The translations under genes and the position numbers were made by a program. Below, piece after piece: positions 14,885-24,515 of a DNA stretch of 36,969 nt (its first letter is position 1; each line of letters begins with the position of its first letter). The notes under the pieces were generated by a model. The model was given only the letters and a program-made list of their open reading frames with translations. It made no database searches and was not told the origin of the DNA. The stretch spans positions 1 through 36,969 of IMG/VR virus record IMGVR_UViG_3300033485_000048, one strand, 5' to 3'. Source of the stretch: a virus. Taxonomy: Duplodnaviria > Caudoviricetes.

Positions 14885-16783
14885 ATGGAAACGCAGGTCC
14901 TAAAAATAACGAGCCTCGGCGGAACGCCTGTTTTCGCCATCTACAGCACCGACCTTTCGTTCAAAAAGGTGTTCGGCGCTGTGACCAAGAAGGGTACGTT
15001 GCTTTGGTACTTCCCTGCGTTCTATCCCGTCTACAAGCTCGTGCTGAAGGATCTCAAAGCGCTGAAGTTGCGGTTCACCGTGTCGGATGCCGCGAAGCAA
15101 GCCATCACGCAGCTCGAACGCTACGATGAGCGGGTTGCGAAGAAAGTGCTGCCGTCAGGTTTCGCATTCAAGACGCAGCCCTACGAGCACCAGCTCGAGG
15201 GATTCATCCACGTCCTGTACAACATGCGCGTGGCGCTGTTCTACGCATGCGGTCTTGGCAAGACCAAGATCATCGTCGACTGGCAGCGCGCCATCAACGC
15301 CAAGCCCCTCATCCTTTGTCCGCGTGTGGTTCTTCACGTGTGGGCTACGGAAGCAGCACGCCACGGCATCGAACAGGAATACCGCATCGTCGATGGTTTG
15401 AGCCGCGAGGAAAAAACTGCCCAGATCGCCGACGCAAAGAACTACTCAGGGCTGGTCATCACCTACGGTTCAGCGCGTCTCTATCGGGAACAGATTCAAG
15501 AAGAATTTCCTTACAACGCCATCGTCGCGGATGAGAGTCACTACATCAAGGACGCGCGGAGTGGCCGCACGGAAGCGGCGTTGGAACTGAGCAAGAAACC
15601 GAGCCGGCGCGTCATCATGTCGGGAACACCATCGACGGGTGACCCTCGAGACATGTACTCGCAGTTTCGATTCCTTTCGCCTTGCTTCATGCCGGAGTCG
15701 TTCTGGAAGTTCAAGCAAACCTTCTGTCGCACAGCGCCGATGAACAAGCGCATCGTGATCGGGTACAAGAACCTGCACGTGCTCAACGAGCGTGTGCGCC
15801 TGGTTGCGCTTCGTCGCACGAAGAAGGAGTGTCTGGACCTCCCCGAGCAGTACGTCATCGATGTGCCCATCGATATGAAGCCGAGTCAGCAGAAGTTCTA
15901 CAACACGATCATTCTCTCGGAAGAGTTCGATGAACTAGCGCAAGCCTTGATGCGTGAAGAACGCATTCTGACCGAGCAGGGTGGCCTCATCGACATTCCA
16001 AACGCGGCTGTTCTCGTCAACAAGTTGCTCCAGGTCGCGTGTGGCTTCATGTATCTCAAGGCAGACGTGCCCAACATCTGCGATGGCTGCGAACACCTAC
16101 GCGACTGCGTCGATGCGCACATCAAGCCGTACACTACGAAGTGTCACGTGAACTCGACGCCGATGCCTCCCATCGTGCAGCGCATGCAAGAGAACGCCAA
16201 ACTCGAGGTGCTCCTCAACAAGCTCGACGAGATTCTGGCGGAGCCGACGCATAAGTGCATCATCTGGGCACAGTTCCGTCCGGAGATGGACTGGATCGAA
16301 GAGGCGATCAAGGACCACTGGAAGAAGACGAAGCGAGACTTCACGCTGGTGCGCGCAGATGGCAGCACCCCTGATGTTACGGTACCCGCCACGAAGTTCG
16401 AAACGGACGTGGCTTGTCGCATCTACCTCGGACAGGTCGAGACGGGTGTGGGCATCACGTTGAATGCTGCAAACTACATGATCTACTTCAGCCTGCCCTG
16501 GAAGCTGCTGGCGTACGATCAGTCCATCGACCGCAACCATCGCGTGGGGCAACGGCGAGACGTGACGGTGTTTCGATTGTTGTGCAGACACACGATCGAC
16601 ATTCACATCGCACGTGGTCTCTCCATGAAGCGTACGGTGTCCGAGACGATCATCTCTGCGCTGACGTGTGCACATTGTGACCGTCGTGAACGCTGTACCG
16701 AAATGGGCATCACGCTCTTCGAAGAGGGATGCCGTTACCAACGAGACGTGCAGCGTCACGTTGCGAGAGCAAAGCAGGTCTAA
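14885..16783 (+). CDS. SNF2-family (SF2) helicase/ATPase
   Basis: PYEHQ, CGLGKT (Walker A), DESH (Walker B), SGTP, GVGITL, QSIDRNHRVGQ. Confidence 0.92.
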   Translation: METQVLKITSLGGTPVFAIYSTDLSFKKVFGAVTKKGTLLWYFPAFYPVYKLVLKDLKALKLRFTVSDAAKQAITQLERYDERVAKKVLPSGFAFKTQPYEHQLEGFIHVLYNMRVALFYACGLGKTKIIVDWQRAINAKPLILCPRVVLHVWATEAARHGIEQEYRIVDGLSREEKTAQIADAKNYSGLVITYGSARLYREQIQEEFPYNAIVADESHYIKDARSGRTEAALELSKKPSRRVIMSGTPSTGDPRDMYSQFRFLSPCFMPESFWKFKQTFCRTAPMNKRIVIGYKNLHVLNERVRLVALRRTKKECLDLPEQYVIDVPIDMKPSQQKFYNTIILSEEFDELAQALMREERILTEQGGLIDIPNAAVLVNKLLQVACGFMYLKADVPNICDGCEHLRDCVDAHIKPYTTKCHVNSTPMPPIVQRMQENAKLEVLLNKLDEILAEPTHKCIIWAQFRPEMDWIEEAIKDHWKKTKRDFTLVRADGSTPDVTVPATKFETDVACRIYLGQVETGVGITLNAANYMIYFSLPWKLLAYDQSIDRNHRVGQRRDVTVFRLLCRHTIDIHIARGLSMKRTVSETIISALTCAHCDRRERCTEMGITLFEEGCRYQRDVQRHVARAKQV

Positions 16784-16784
16784 C

Positions 16785-17375
16785 ATGCCAAAGATCACGA
16801 TCACGTACACACATGAAGAGCTGGTCGCGTTCGTCACCGGGATGCTAGCAGTTCAGGGACTGCATCCTGTGACGGACATTCAGTTCGTATCCCTGGACTC
16901 CGATTTGAACCGGTTCAACGTGGTCATCGACTGCGAGCCCGGTCCGCTCAGTGAGAAGTGTCCCTCGTGTGGCGTGAAGCTCACGAATGGGGTTCCGGTG
17001 CCTGTGGCCATCGTAGCCGTTCCACACGAAGGGTCTGTTGTCTCTCTGCGATCAACAGAGAAGACCGCAGCGGCGCCTCCGCGTGAGTATCCTGTCGATG
17101 AAGAAACGCAAGAAGTCCAGGACCCCGTGGTCATCGACGAGGAACTGGGCGAATCGTTCGCTCCCCCCTCCCCGGGCGAGGGCGTGCCCTCTGTACACGT
17201 GTCCACCGCAGAAGAGCCCGAAGAGAGTGGTGGCAGCATGAAAGCACTGCTCGAAAAGAACAAGCACCTCACTGCGGTGCGTACGCGTGAACGTGAAGCC
17301 ACGTTGGGAAAGCGCGGTGGTCGGCGCATGCCGGGTGAATCCACGCGTCCTCCGAAGCCGGGAAGGGAAAGCTGA
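16785..17375 (+). CDS. Hypothetical protein with CPSC motif and acidic, likely disordered C-half
   Basis: ATG at 16785, 1 nt after the helicase stop (in frame with track ORF 16668-17375); TGATG coupling to the next gene. Confidence 0.65.
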   Translation: MPKITITYTHEELVAFVTGMLAVQGLHPVTDIQFVSLDSDLNRFNVVIDCEPGPLSEKCPSCGVKLTNGVPVPVAIVAVPHEGSVVSLRSTEKTAAAPPREYPVDEETQEVQDPVVIDEELGESFAPPSPGEGVPSVHVSTAEEPEESGGSMKALLEKNKHLTAVRTREREATLGKRGGRRMPGESTRPPKPGRES

Positions 17376-18319
17376 TGGCCAAAGGAAGAGAAGAGATCGC
17401 GAATCAGCCCATCATCGACATCGATGACAAGCTTCGCGAGTACATGGCGAAGAATGCACCCGTGGGTGGTTATCAGTTGCCCACGGGGTACCTGAGCAAT
17501 TCGCAGATCGACATGTACCTCAAGTGCCCGATGCAGTACTACCATCGGTACGTCTGTGACAACAAACGTCCACCCGGCGTCGCGATCACCTTGGGCTCCG
17601 GGACGCACAAGGCCGCAGAGGTGACGCACCATCACATCGTGGACCACGATGTGCCTGCGCCGATTGAGCAGGTCGTGGCTGCGTTCTCGGATCACTTCGA
17701 TAAGAAGTCCGAAGATGTCCCTGCGGAAGACTGGAAAGAAGACGGCATCAACAAGGGGCAGATCAAAGACGCGGGCATCCAGCTCGTCAGCATCTACAAT
17801 CGCGTGGTCGCACCCAAGGTCAAACCTCAAGTGAAAGATGGGGTGCGGGGCATCGAGAAGAAACTCGAGATCAATGTCGAGGGCATCCCCCTCGTGGGAT
17901 ACATCGACCTCATCGATACCAACGCAGATGCAATCATGAGCGAAGAAGAGAGGGCGCTTCTTCGTCAGTACGGTTCAGATGTGCCCGAGATCTTCCGTAC
18001 AGCCATCGCCGATTTCAAGACGCGCACCAAGTCCATCAGCGAGGACGAGGTCAAAGGTTCCCTTCAACTCACCATCTACTCCTACGCAGAACAGGTAGGG
18101 TTGGTGCGCTACGACCAGTTCTTGCGACAGAAGACACCCAAGGTGAAGCGCATTCACAGCATGCGCACCACACAAGACTACAAGTGGATGGCCGAGATCA
18201 TCACAGGTGTTGCTCGTGCCATCACGGCGGGCGTGTTCCCTCCGTGTGATCCTACGTCGTGGGCCTGCACACCGAAGTGGTGCGGGTACTACTACATGTG
18301 TCGCGGCAAAGCCCGCTGA
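17375..18319 (+). CDS. PD-(D/E)XK RecB/Cas4-like exonuclease
   Basis: LSNSQIDMYLKCP, GYIDLID, IADFKT, QLTIYS, C-terminal CTPKWCGYYYMC (Fe-S-type Cys staple). Confidence 0.85.
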   Translation: MAKGREEIANQPIIDIDDKLREYMAKNAPVGGYQLPTGYLSNSQIDMYLKCPMQYYHRYVCDNKRPPGVAITLGSGTHKAAEVTHHHIVDHDVPAPIEQVVAAFSDHFDKKSEDVPAEDWKEDGINKGQIKDAGIQLVSIYNRVVAPKVKPQVKDGVRGIEKKLEINVEGIPLVGYIDLIDTNADAIMSEEERALLRQYGSDVPEIFRTAIADFKTRTKSISEDEVKGSLQLTIYSYAEQVGLVRYDQFLRQKTPKVKRIHSMRTTQDYKWMAEIITGVARAITAGVFPPCDPTSWACTPKWCGYYYMCRGKAR

Positions 18320-18331
18320 GAGGAGTGCTCC

Positions 18332-19588
18332 GTGAAGCCCGAGTACATCAAGTATCTCCGTGATCACGAGATGGACATCCGGCAAGAGTTCGATGAGCTG
18401 TGGGAGAAGGCAGGAGCAGGACCGCTGACGCCGACGCAGGCGCAGAACACGCTCGATCGTCTCTATGACCGTACGCATCTGGACATTCTCGCGAAGCTCA
18501 AGGACTACACGGACTACTTTCCCACCGTGCAGTGTTACCCGGGCCGGTTGCTCAAGGTTCAAGACCTGTGGTGGCTGGATCACGCGACTGCCGGTATCAC
18601 CGAATGGGGAACGCTGAGTTGGTTCTCTTCACGCAAGGTCACACACCTTGAGAAATGTACAAACAAGACTGCGGCTGAAGCGCTTGCTGCCCGGCGTGGC
18701 GGCAAGGTCATCGAGAAGGGTGGTACGTTCTTCGCTCAGTGGGTCGGGTTGCCGGGTGCGTGTACGCACTTCGTGGTGGCACCCACGGGTGTGCCCTTCA
18801 TGCTCTTGCGCCTCTTCGATGGTGCTTGGGGCGAGCCGAAGCGCAACGGTGATGCAATCCAAGTCGAGATGGTCAACGCGCTCGTGTGCCATCTCAAAGA
18901 AGGTGTGTGGTGCTACTGGGCAGGGAAGCTGCCTCCGGCGCTACTTGCCGTGCAACGACCCGAAGCGCTCGAGAAGCCGTTCCGCGGTGCGACGCACATG
19001 CTGCCGTACACGTGGGAGCAAATCATCACGAACATCAAGCTGAAGCGCCTCTGCATTGCAGCGACAATGCGCCCCGACGGCTCCAAGCGCATGGCGCGTG
19101 ATCGGATGAGCCAGCACACGGATTGGCGTGAGTCGAAGTACGACATGGGTCCGCTCTGGCCCAAAGACTTGTGCAACGACGCGGCCTATGAGACGTATCC
19201 CATCGACGCTTACAGCTTCATGGAACGTTTCGTGAAGGCATCCGAAGCGGATGCAGTCGTGAACCTCGCTGAACTGAAACTTCTCGAACAGACCGCAGCG
19301 AGCGAAACCGACGACGTGGACCGTTGGGACGCAGATGACACGCTGGACTCCTCGGCTGAGGTTCAACAGGCGCTTGTGGACCTCTACGGACCCGCGATTC
19401 TTCCCAAGTACGGTGTGGATGGGAATCTCGGTGCGGAGAGCACGACAGCCACGAAACATTTCCAGCAAGACTGGAACAAGTACCAGCCAACTGACCGCAT
19501 CAAGGTCGACGGTGTGCCTGGCACCGAGACCCGTAAACGTTTGGTCCAGGCCCTACATGCGGATGGGTTCCGCACAACACCTCTCTGA
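18332..19588 (+). CDS. Putative endolysin: Amidase_2-like N-acetylmuramoyl-L-alanine amidase plus C-terminal peptidoglycan-binding domain
   Basis: LDHATAG, THFVV, IQVEMVN, QHTDW..SKYDMGPLWP (compare AmpD GH.D...K.DPGP.F.W); VDGNLGAES..ATKHFQ...IKVDGVPGTET is PG_binding_1-like. Confidence 0.75.
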   Translation: MKPEYIKYLRDHEMDIRQEFDELWEKAGAGPLTPTQAQNTLDRLYDRTHLDILAKLKDYTDYFPTVQCYPGRLLKVQDLWWLDHATAGITEWGTLSWFSSRKVTHLEKCTNKTAAEALAARRGGKVIEKGGTFFAQWVGLPGACTHFVVAPTGVPFMLLRLFDGAWGEPKRNGDAIQVEMVNALVCHLKEGVWCYWAGKLPPALLAVQRPEALEKPFRGATHMLPYTWEQIITNIKLKRLCIAATMRPDGSKRMARDRMSQHTDWRESKYDMGPLWPKDLCNDAAYETYPIDAYSFMERFVKASEADAVVNLAELKLLEQTAASETDDVDRWDADDTLDSSAEVQQALVDLYGPAILPKYGVDGNLGAESTTATKHFQQDWNKYQPTDRIKVDGVPGTETRKRLVQALHADGFRTTPL

Positions 19589-19600
19589 AAGGAAGAATCG

Positions 19601-19999
19601 ATGAAGCTCACCGCTACGCTCAAGTGCGACCGTTCGGGTCGTACCTTCGACAAAGAGATCGACACCACAGAAGTCGCGGCTTACGAAGGGCGACAGAAGG
19701 TACGTGAAGAAGGGCTTCGCAAGGTCGAAGAGTTCTTCGCAGCGTTTCCGAAAGAAGAGCTGCCTGATCTCGTCTGCGTGTACCAGGGCAAGCTCCAGGC
19801 GTTCATCAACGTCATCCCCGACTACAACGACAAGGCGATCTCGCGGTTGCTCGAGCAGCTCTTCCACGTGAGCGATCCCTCGGCACGTGCCAAGAAAGCG
19901 AAGGCCACGCGGAGCAGCAAGAACGGTGGGGAGAAAAAAGAGAAGGCCGACAAAAAAGCCGGCAAATCGGGGGTACAAGACAAGGCTGCCGCGACTTAG
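19601..19999 (+). CDS. Hypothetical protein with basic C-terminal tail
   Basis: AAGGAAG SD; GC3-rich codon usage; operon position. Confidence 0.7.
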   Translation: MKLTATLKCDRSGRTFDKEIDTTEVAAYEGRQKVREEGLRKVEEFFAAFPKEELPDLVCVYQGKLQAFINVIPDYNDKAISRLLEQLFHVSDPSARAKKAKATRSSKNGGEKKEKADKKAGKSGVQDKAAAT

Positions 20000-20017
20000 C
20001 CTGTAGCGGAGAACGAC

Positions 20018-20203
20018 ATGTTCGAGAAGGAGTTCGAAAAATACGGCGTGGAAGAAGGTGCGGACGCGAAGACAGCGTCACGTGACCTCGACGACACAGC
20101 GCGGATTTGTCCGCACTGTGGCACCCCGCTCGAGTCTGTCGAGAACACCAACGTGCTCAAATGTCCCCGTTGCGGGACGCTACCGTTCGAACAAAAGCCA
20201 TGA
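20018..20203 (+). CDS. Small zinc-ribbon protein
   Basis: CPHCG...CPRCG; GGAG SD. Confidence 0.7.
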   Translation: MFEKEFEKYGVEEGADAKTASRDLDDTARICPHCGTPLESVENTNVLKCPRCGTLPFEQKP

Positions 20204-20427
20204 GCAAGAGACGCGACAGACTGGTGCAGGAAATCGTCGAGCGGTACAAGCTCATCCGCGCGATTCACACGTGCGTCTACACCCGCGTGGGTGTGGACAT
20301 TCAGAAGGTCGCACCAGAGTTCTTTTTTCTGGTGAATGACATCCTGGAGGGCAAACCGATAGACGTATCCTGCCTTCGCTTCGTGGACATGGAACGTGTC
20401 TACGAGTTTCTGAAGGAGGACCGATGA
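20200..20427 (+). CDS. Hypothetical protein (MSKRRDRLVQ...)
   Basis: ATGA overlaps at both ends; likely start 20200, within track ORF 20107-20427. Confidence 0.65.
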   Translation: MSKRRDRLVQEIVERYKLIRAIHTCVYTRVGVDIQKVAPEFFFLVNDILEGKPIDVSCLRFVDMERVYEFLKEDR

Positions 20428-20780
20428 CCAAGTTGGATAGCTTGTTGGATGGACTGCATGCAGTCTCCACCACCGTGGCGAAAGCTACGGCACGAAAAAG
20501 ACGAATCAACCGCGATCAAGTGAGAGCTATCATGAACATCGCGGCGCACCTCGCGGGTGCCATTGGCTTGGTGGTGCCACAGGCACGACCCGCAGCCCTG
20601 GTTTTGAGTGGGTTGCAAGAAGCCGTCCCACAAGCTCTCATCCCGGAGAACCCGTTGTTCAGCAAGCTGCGTGCAGTGAACAACGAAATCAACCAGACCA
20701 CCGGCGAACAGCGCATGCGCCTCGAAGCCCAACGGGACCTGCTGCTTCGCCTCATCGAAGAGCAAGAACACAACCGATGA
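20424..20780 (+). CDS. Hypothetical protein, hydrophobic central segment and coiled-coil end
   Basis: AGGAGG SD; ATGA overlaps. Confidence 0.65.
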   Translation: MTKLDSLLDGLHAVSTTVAKATARKRRINRDQVRAIMNIAAHLAGAIGLVVPQARPAALVLSGLQEAVPQALIPENPLFSKLRAVNNEINQTTGEQRMRLEAQRDLLLRLIEEQEHNR

Positions 20781-21502
20781 TCCTGACGGGACCTGAGATC
20801 GTAGCTGCGCAACAGCGTGGAGAGCTGCGTATCGAGCCCTTCACGCTGGCGCAACTCAATCCGAACAGCTACAACCTGCGTCTTGCTTCAACGTTGCGGG
20901 TCTATACCGATCCCGACGTCGAACATGCCGTACATGCCGGATGGCCCCTACCTTCGACGGTGCTCGACTGTCGCGCGGACAATCCGACGTACGCCTTCGA
21001 AATCCCTGAAGAGGGTCTGATTCTTTACCCGGGAAAGTTGTACCTTGGAGCCACCGTCGAGTACACCGAGACAGCTACCTACGTTCCCATGCTGGATGGG
21101 CGTAGTTCCTTCGCGCGTCTCGGTCTCTCGATTCACCAAACAGGTGGCTTCGGTGATGTCGGTTTCCGGGGACATTGGACCATCGAAATCTCCTGTGTGG
21201 AACCTGTCCGTATCTACGCAGGGCTCGAGATTTGTCAGATACGGTTCCAGTCTGCACAGGGTGAACGCACGCTTCAGTATGATCAAATCCCCACGAGCAA
21301 GTATGCTCACCAAGTAGGACCTACTCCCAGTCGTTTGTTTCAAGAGACAACAAGGAGACACAAGCATGACAACCGAGAAGACGACAGAACAGCCGCCCAA
21401 GGCGGCAACACCCCCCGGGCCAACGGAGAAGAAGGAACCGGAGAAGAAGGAACCAGAGAAGAAGGCCGAGAAGAAGTCCGAGAAGCAGGCCGCAAAGGAT
21501 GA
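20777..21502 (+). CDS. dcd: dCTP deaminase
   Basis: ILTGPEI, QLNPNSYNLRL, DGRSSFARLGL, GDVGFRGHWTIEI, ICQI, KY..Q.GPTPSR; extra C-terminal tail overlaps parB. Confidence 0.92.
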   Translation: MILTGPEIVAAQQRGELRIEPFTLAQLNPNSYNLRLASTLRVYTDPDVEHAVHAGWPLPSTVLDCRADNPTYAFEIPEEGLILYPGKLYLGATVEYTETATYVPMLDGRSSFARLGLSIHQTGGFGDVGFRGHWTIEISCVEPVRIYAGLEICQIRFQSAQGERTLQYDQIPTSKYAHQVGPTPSRLFQETTRRHKHDNREDDRTAAQGGNTPRANGEEGTGEEGTREEGREEVREAGRKG

Positions 21503-22409
21503 CAAGAACGTCATCCAGGTGCCGATCGATGACGTCAACCTCGAGAAGGGTGCCAACCCTCGGCAGACCTTTGACCGGGAGCGTCTGACCAACTTGGCGC
21601 AGTCCATGAAACACGTCGGCATGATGAACCCGCTCACGGTGCGACTCAAGGACGGCAAGTACTACCTCGTGGCGGGTGAGCGTCGCTACAAGGCAGCCAA
21701 GATCGCGGGCTTCAAAACGGTGCCCGTGGTGGTCAAGCCGTACACCGATGGACAGGCAACCTACGCGCGGTTCACGGAGAACGCGCAGCAGGAACGGCTC
21801 AACCCCATCGAGTTCGCGCAGTCCCTCCAGGGTATGATCGGGCAGACCATCGAGCGCCCCGCGTCCGAGGGCAAGCCTGCCAAGCCGGAGACCGTCAACG
21901 CGAAGATCGCAGCCGAGATCGCGAACATCTCGCAGGCTGCGGTGAGCCAGTACCTCGCGCTCCTCGCGTTGCCCAAGCCCATCCAGGAAGACCTCCGGGC
22001 GGGCAAGGTGACCTTCGCCCAAGCACGCATCATCTGCGGTGCCAAGGAGCACGACGAGCAGATGAAGCTCTACAACAAGATCAAGTCGGGTGAGACCAAG
22101 CGCGCGTCGGACGTCAAGGAGGCCGCGGAGAAGTCTCGCGCCAAGAAGGCCACCAAGAGCGACGGCAAGCGCCGGGGTCGGCCGCCGCAGACCGATGCGG
22201 AGAAGCCCAGCATCCGGCAGGGTCTGGATGAAGCACTCGAGCGTCTGCGTCAGGTGAAGATCGAGGTGCGCGCGAACAAGGAGCTGCGCGAAGGCCTGGC
22301 CACCGCGTACGAGCGCTTCGATCGGTCGAAGAGCGACGACAAGAAGCTCTTCTACCGAGGGGTGATCGCGGCGATGGAGTGGAATGCCGGCCTGCGCGAG
22401 AACTTCTAG
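21366..22409 (+). CDS. parB: ParB/Spo0J-like protein
   Basis: NPRQTFD..L..LAQSMKHVGMMNPLTVR...LVAGERRYKAAK, ENAQQERLNPIE, HTH (IAAEIANISQAAVSQYL); AAGGAG SD. Confidence 0.9.
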   Translation: MTTEKTTEQPPKAATPPGPTEKKEPEKKEPEKKAEKKSEKQAAKDDKNVIQVPIDDVNLEKGANPRQTFDRERLTNLAQSMKHVGMMNPLTVRLKDGKYYLVAGERRYKAAKIAGFKTVPVVVKPYTDGQATYARFTENAQQERLNPIEFAQSLQGMIGQTIERPASEGKPAKPETVNAKIAAEIANISQAAVSQYLALLALPKPIQEDLRAGKVTFAQARIICGAKEHDEQMKLYNKIKSGETKRASDVKEAAEKSRAKKATKSDGKRRGRPPQTDAEKPSIRQGLDEALERLRQVKIEVRANKELREGLATAYERFDRSKSDDKKLFYRGVIAAMEWNAGLRENF

Positions 22410-23242
22410 TTCACCAGCACGTCACTGCTGTTGCGGACATTCAGCCGCATCAGTCGCGTCTTCAACTCCTGTAACGCTTCCTCTTTGATCTGCCGTACAC
22501 GTTCGGAACAGACACCGAGCTTCTGTGCAATCTCACGTAACGTCTTGGGGTCTTCGCGCAATCCGAAGTACGCGATGACGACGTACGCCTGTCGATCTTT
22601 CATGGATCGCAGGATGCTGTGCAACAACGAGAGTGCGTGTTGCTCCAGCGCTTCATGTTCGTGATTGCCGATGACCGCTTCGGCTTGTTCAGCCGCATCT
22701 TCGAATGAGACGTAGGTGAGACCGACAGCCTGTCCTTGCTGACGGGCACGATGGTGTTCTTTTTGTTTGTAGGGTGGGATATGAACCAGCGAGGACTCGT
22801 ACAGCTCTGTGCGTATCGCTTCTGAAATCCACCACGCGGCGTAGGTCAAAAAGCGCGTGGTGTAACGTTCGGCATCGAATTGACGCAAGCGTGCGTTGCA
22901 ATCATTGCAACGTTGGTGTTTGGGTGCGGCCACAAAATTCTGTTTGCCACAGCGTCGACATTTGATGACCCAGGGTCGGTAACGGTCGACAGCAACCATC
23001 AGACCTACGTTGCCTGCCGCGATGAGGTTCTTCAGAAACTCCGTGTCCCCGCGATAGTACTGCTTCGCGGTCTTGATGACGAAACGCAGGTTCCCTTCGA
23101 CGAGCCTGCGTTTCGCTTCAAGGTCACCGTGTTGGTGGTACCGCTCGAAGAGTGCCTGTTCCTCTATGGCATTTTCGGGCATGCGTGCGGCACTGACGTC
23201 TCTGAAGTACTGCGCGTAAATCCGATCCTCTTCAAAGCGCAC
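22406..23242 (-). CDS. Sigma-70 family factor with zinc-ribbon insertion in region 2
   Basis: LVEGNLRFVIKTAKQY (2.1), LIAAGNVGLMVAVDRY (2.2), RFLTYAAWWI (2.3), TLREIAQKLGVCSERVRQI (4.2); GGAGG SD. Confidence 0.92.
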   Translation of the reverse strand: MRFEEDRIYAQYFRDVSAARMPENAIEEQALFERYHQHGDLEAKRRLVEGNLRFVIKTAKQYYRGDTEFLKNLIAAGNVGLMVAVDRYRPWVIKCRRCGKQNFVAAPKHQRCNDCNARLRQFDAERYTTRFLTYAAWWISEAIRTELYESSLVHIPPYKQKEHHRARQQGQAVGLTYVSFEDAAEQAEAVIGNHEHEALEQHALSLLHSILRSMKDRQAYVVIAYFGLREDPKTLREIAQKLGVCSERVRQIKEEALQELKTRLMRLNVRNSSDVLVN

Positions 23243-23343
23243 GGCGGCCTCCGTCTTTTATGGCGGAAGTATATCAAATTAACCCTCAATGATGCAATTT
23301 TTGATGTCGTTAATGTTTATCTAACCGACATCCGTCGAGGGAC

Positions 23344-23373
23344 TTGACATACGAAAAGCTGCCGATGTAGGCT
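23344..23373 (+). promoter_or_regulatory. Putative sigma70-type promoter TTGACA-N18-TAGGCT for the replication operon
   Basis: Perfect -35 at 23344-23349; -10-like TAGGCT at 23368-23373; next to an AT-rich divergent intergenic stretch; AGGAG SD before 23409. Confidence 0.5.
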
Positions 23374-23408
23374 CAGAACCTCGCACCCCACTTAGGAGAA
23401 GAGACAAC

Positions 23409-24425
23409 ATGGCGAAAGACAAGGCGACCACGAAGGGCCCAGAAGCAACCTCAAACCCTCCATCCCAGGAGGCTCCCGCAGCAGGAAACGGAGGTACGCA
23501 GACCAGCACGTCGTCCAATCTCCCCGCTACCACCACCCAACCGGCACCCACCCTGGATGAGTACCGCCAGGTGTTCGCTCCTGCACGCGACCTGATGATC
23601 ACCAAGCTCGAAGCACTCTCCGCGAGCTTGACGGATGCACCCAAGGCCGCAGTGGAACAACTCATCAAGTCGGCGAACCCGCATCGCAAGGGCCGCGAGG
23701 AGATGGAATCCCGGTGGCTGATCCCCACCATCCGCATCGTACAAGGCATGACCAAGGAAAAGCCCGACAAGGCCGTGCCGGGCGATCTCATCACCACGAG
23801 CGGCTACATCCTGACACAGCCCTTCAAGGTGACTCCGCTCTACACCTTCCAGGCCAATCGCATGTTCCCCGAGGGCGGGGGCAGCGGCAACAAGGCGCCC
23901 GCGTGCTTCGCACCGGATGCGAAGTACGGCAAGCCGTTCGGAGAGTGCCTCAAGTGCAGCAACCTGCCCCTCGGGCAGAACGCTGCGGGGGCCATCACGG
24001 ACTGCGACAACGGACTCTGCTTCGTGGTGCTGTCGGAAGACCTGAAGCTCTACCGCATGGAGTTCTTCAAGACGAGCCGCAAGGCTGGTGTCCGCATGGA
24101 CCAGCTCTCGGCTGCCTGTGACAGCATCTGGGACCGCTGGTTCACGATCAAGACGCAGACCCAGACCGGCGGAGGCAACGAGTGGTCCATCTTCAGAGTG
24201 TCGCCTTCCGGTGAAGACACACCCGCGCACATCCGCGCTGCTGCGGACATCCTCTACGACCTCATCCACGCCGAACGCAAGATCTTCCTCAAGCTCTACT
24301 ACGACTCCATCGCACGCGGTGATGCGGCGGCGGCAGGCGTCAACGAGCAGGTCGATCTCGACGCCATGGGCATGAACCCCGCGACGGGGGGAGACAACCC
24401 GGACCTGTCGGACGGGGGGATCTAG
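23409..24425 (+). CDS. Putative single-stranded DNA-binding/annealing protein
   Basis: IPTIRIVQG, PACFAPD..G..GECLKC...DC Zn-type motif; acidic C-terminal tail; heads the nuclease-primase-polymerase cluster. Confidence 0.55.
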   Translation: MAKDKATTKGPEATSNPPSQEAPAAGNGGTQTSTSSNLPATTTQPAPTLDEYRQVFAPARDLMITKLEALSASLTDAPKAAVEQLIKSANPHRKGREEMESRWLIPTIRIVQGMTKEKPDKAVPGDLITTSGYILTQPFKVTPLYTFQANRMFPEGGGSGNKAPACFAPDAKYGKPFGECLKCSNLPLGQNAAGAITDCDNGLCFVVLSEDLKLYRMEFFKTSRKAGVRMDQLSAACDSIWDRWFTIKTQTQTGGGNEWSIFRVSPSGEDTPAHIRAAADILYDLIHAERKIFLKLYYDSIARGDAAAAGVNEQVDLDAMGMNPATGGDNPDLSDGGI

Positions 24426-24515
24426 TTTCACCAGGCAGGAGACCACATTCCGCTGGCTTGCAGCCTTGTGCTGCAAGCCAGCGGTTCTCGATTGGTCTAC
24501 CCAGAGGATGAGATC

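Noticed and set aside
21427-21485. GAGAAGAAGG-type short repeats
   Set aside because: They encode the EKKEP/EKKAE low-complexity N-terminus of ParB; no sign of an independent DNA element
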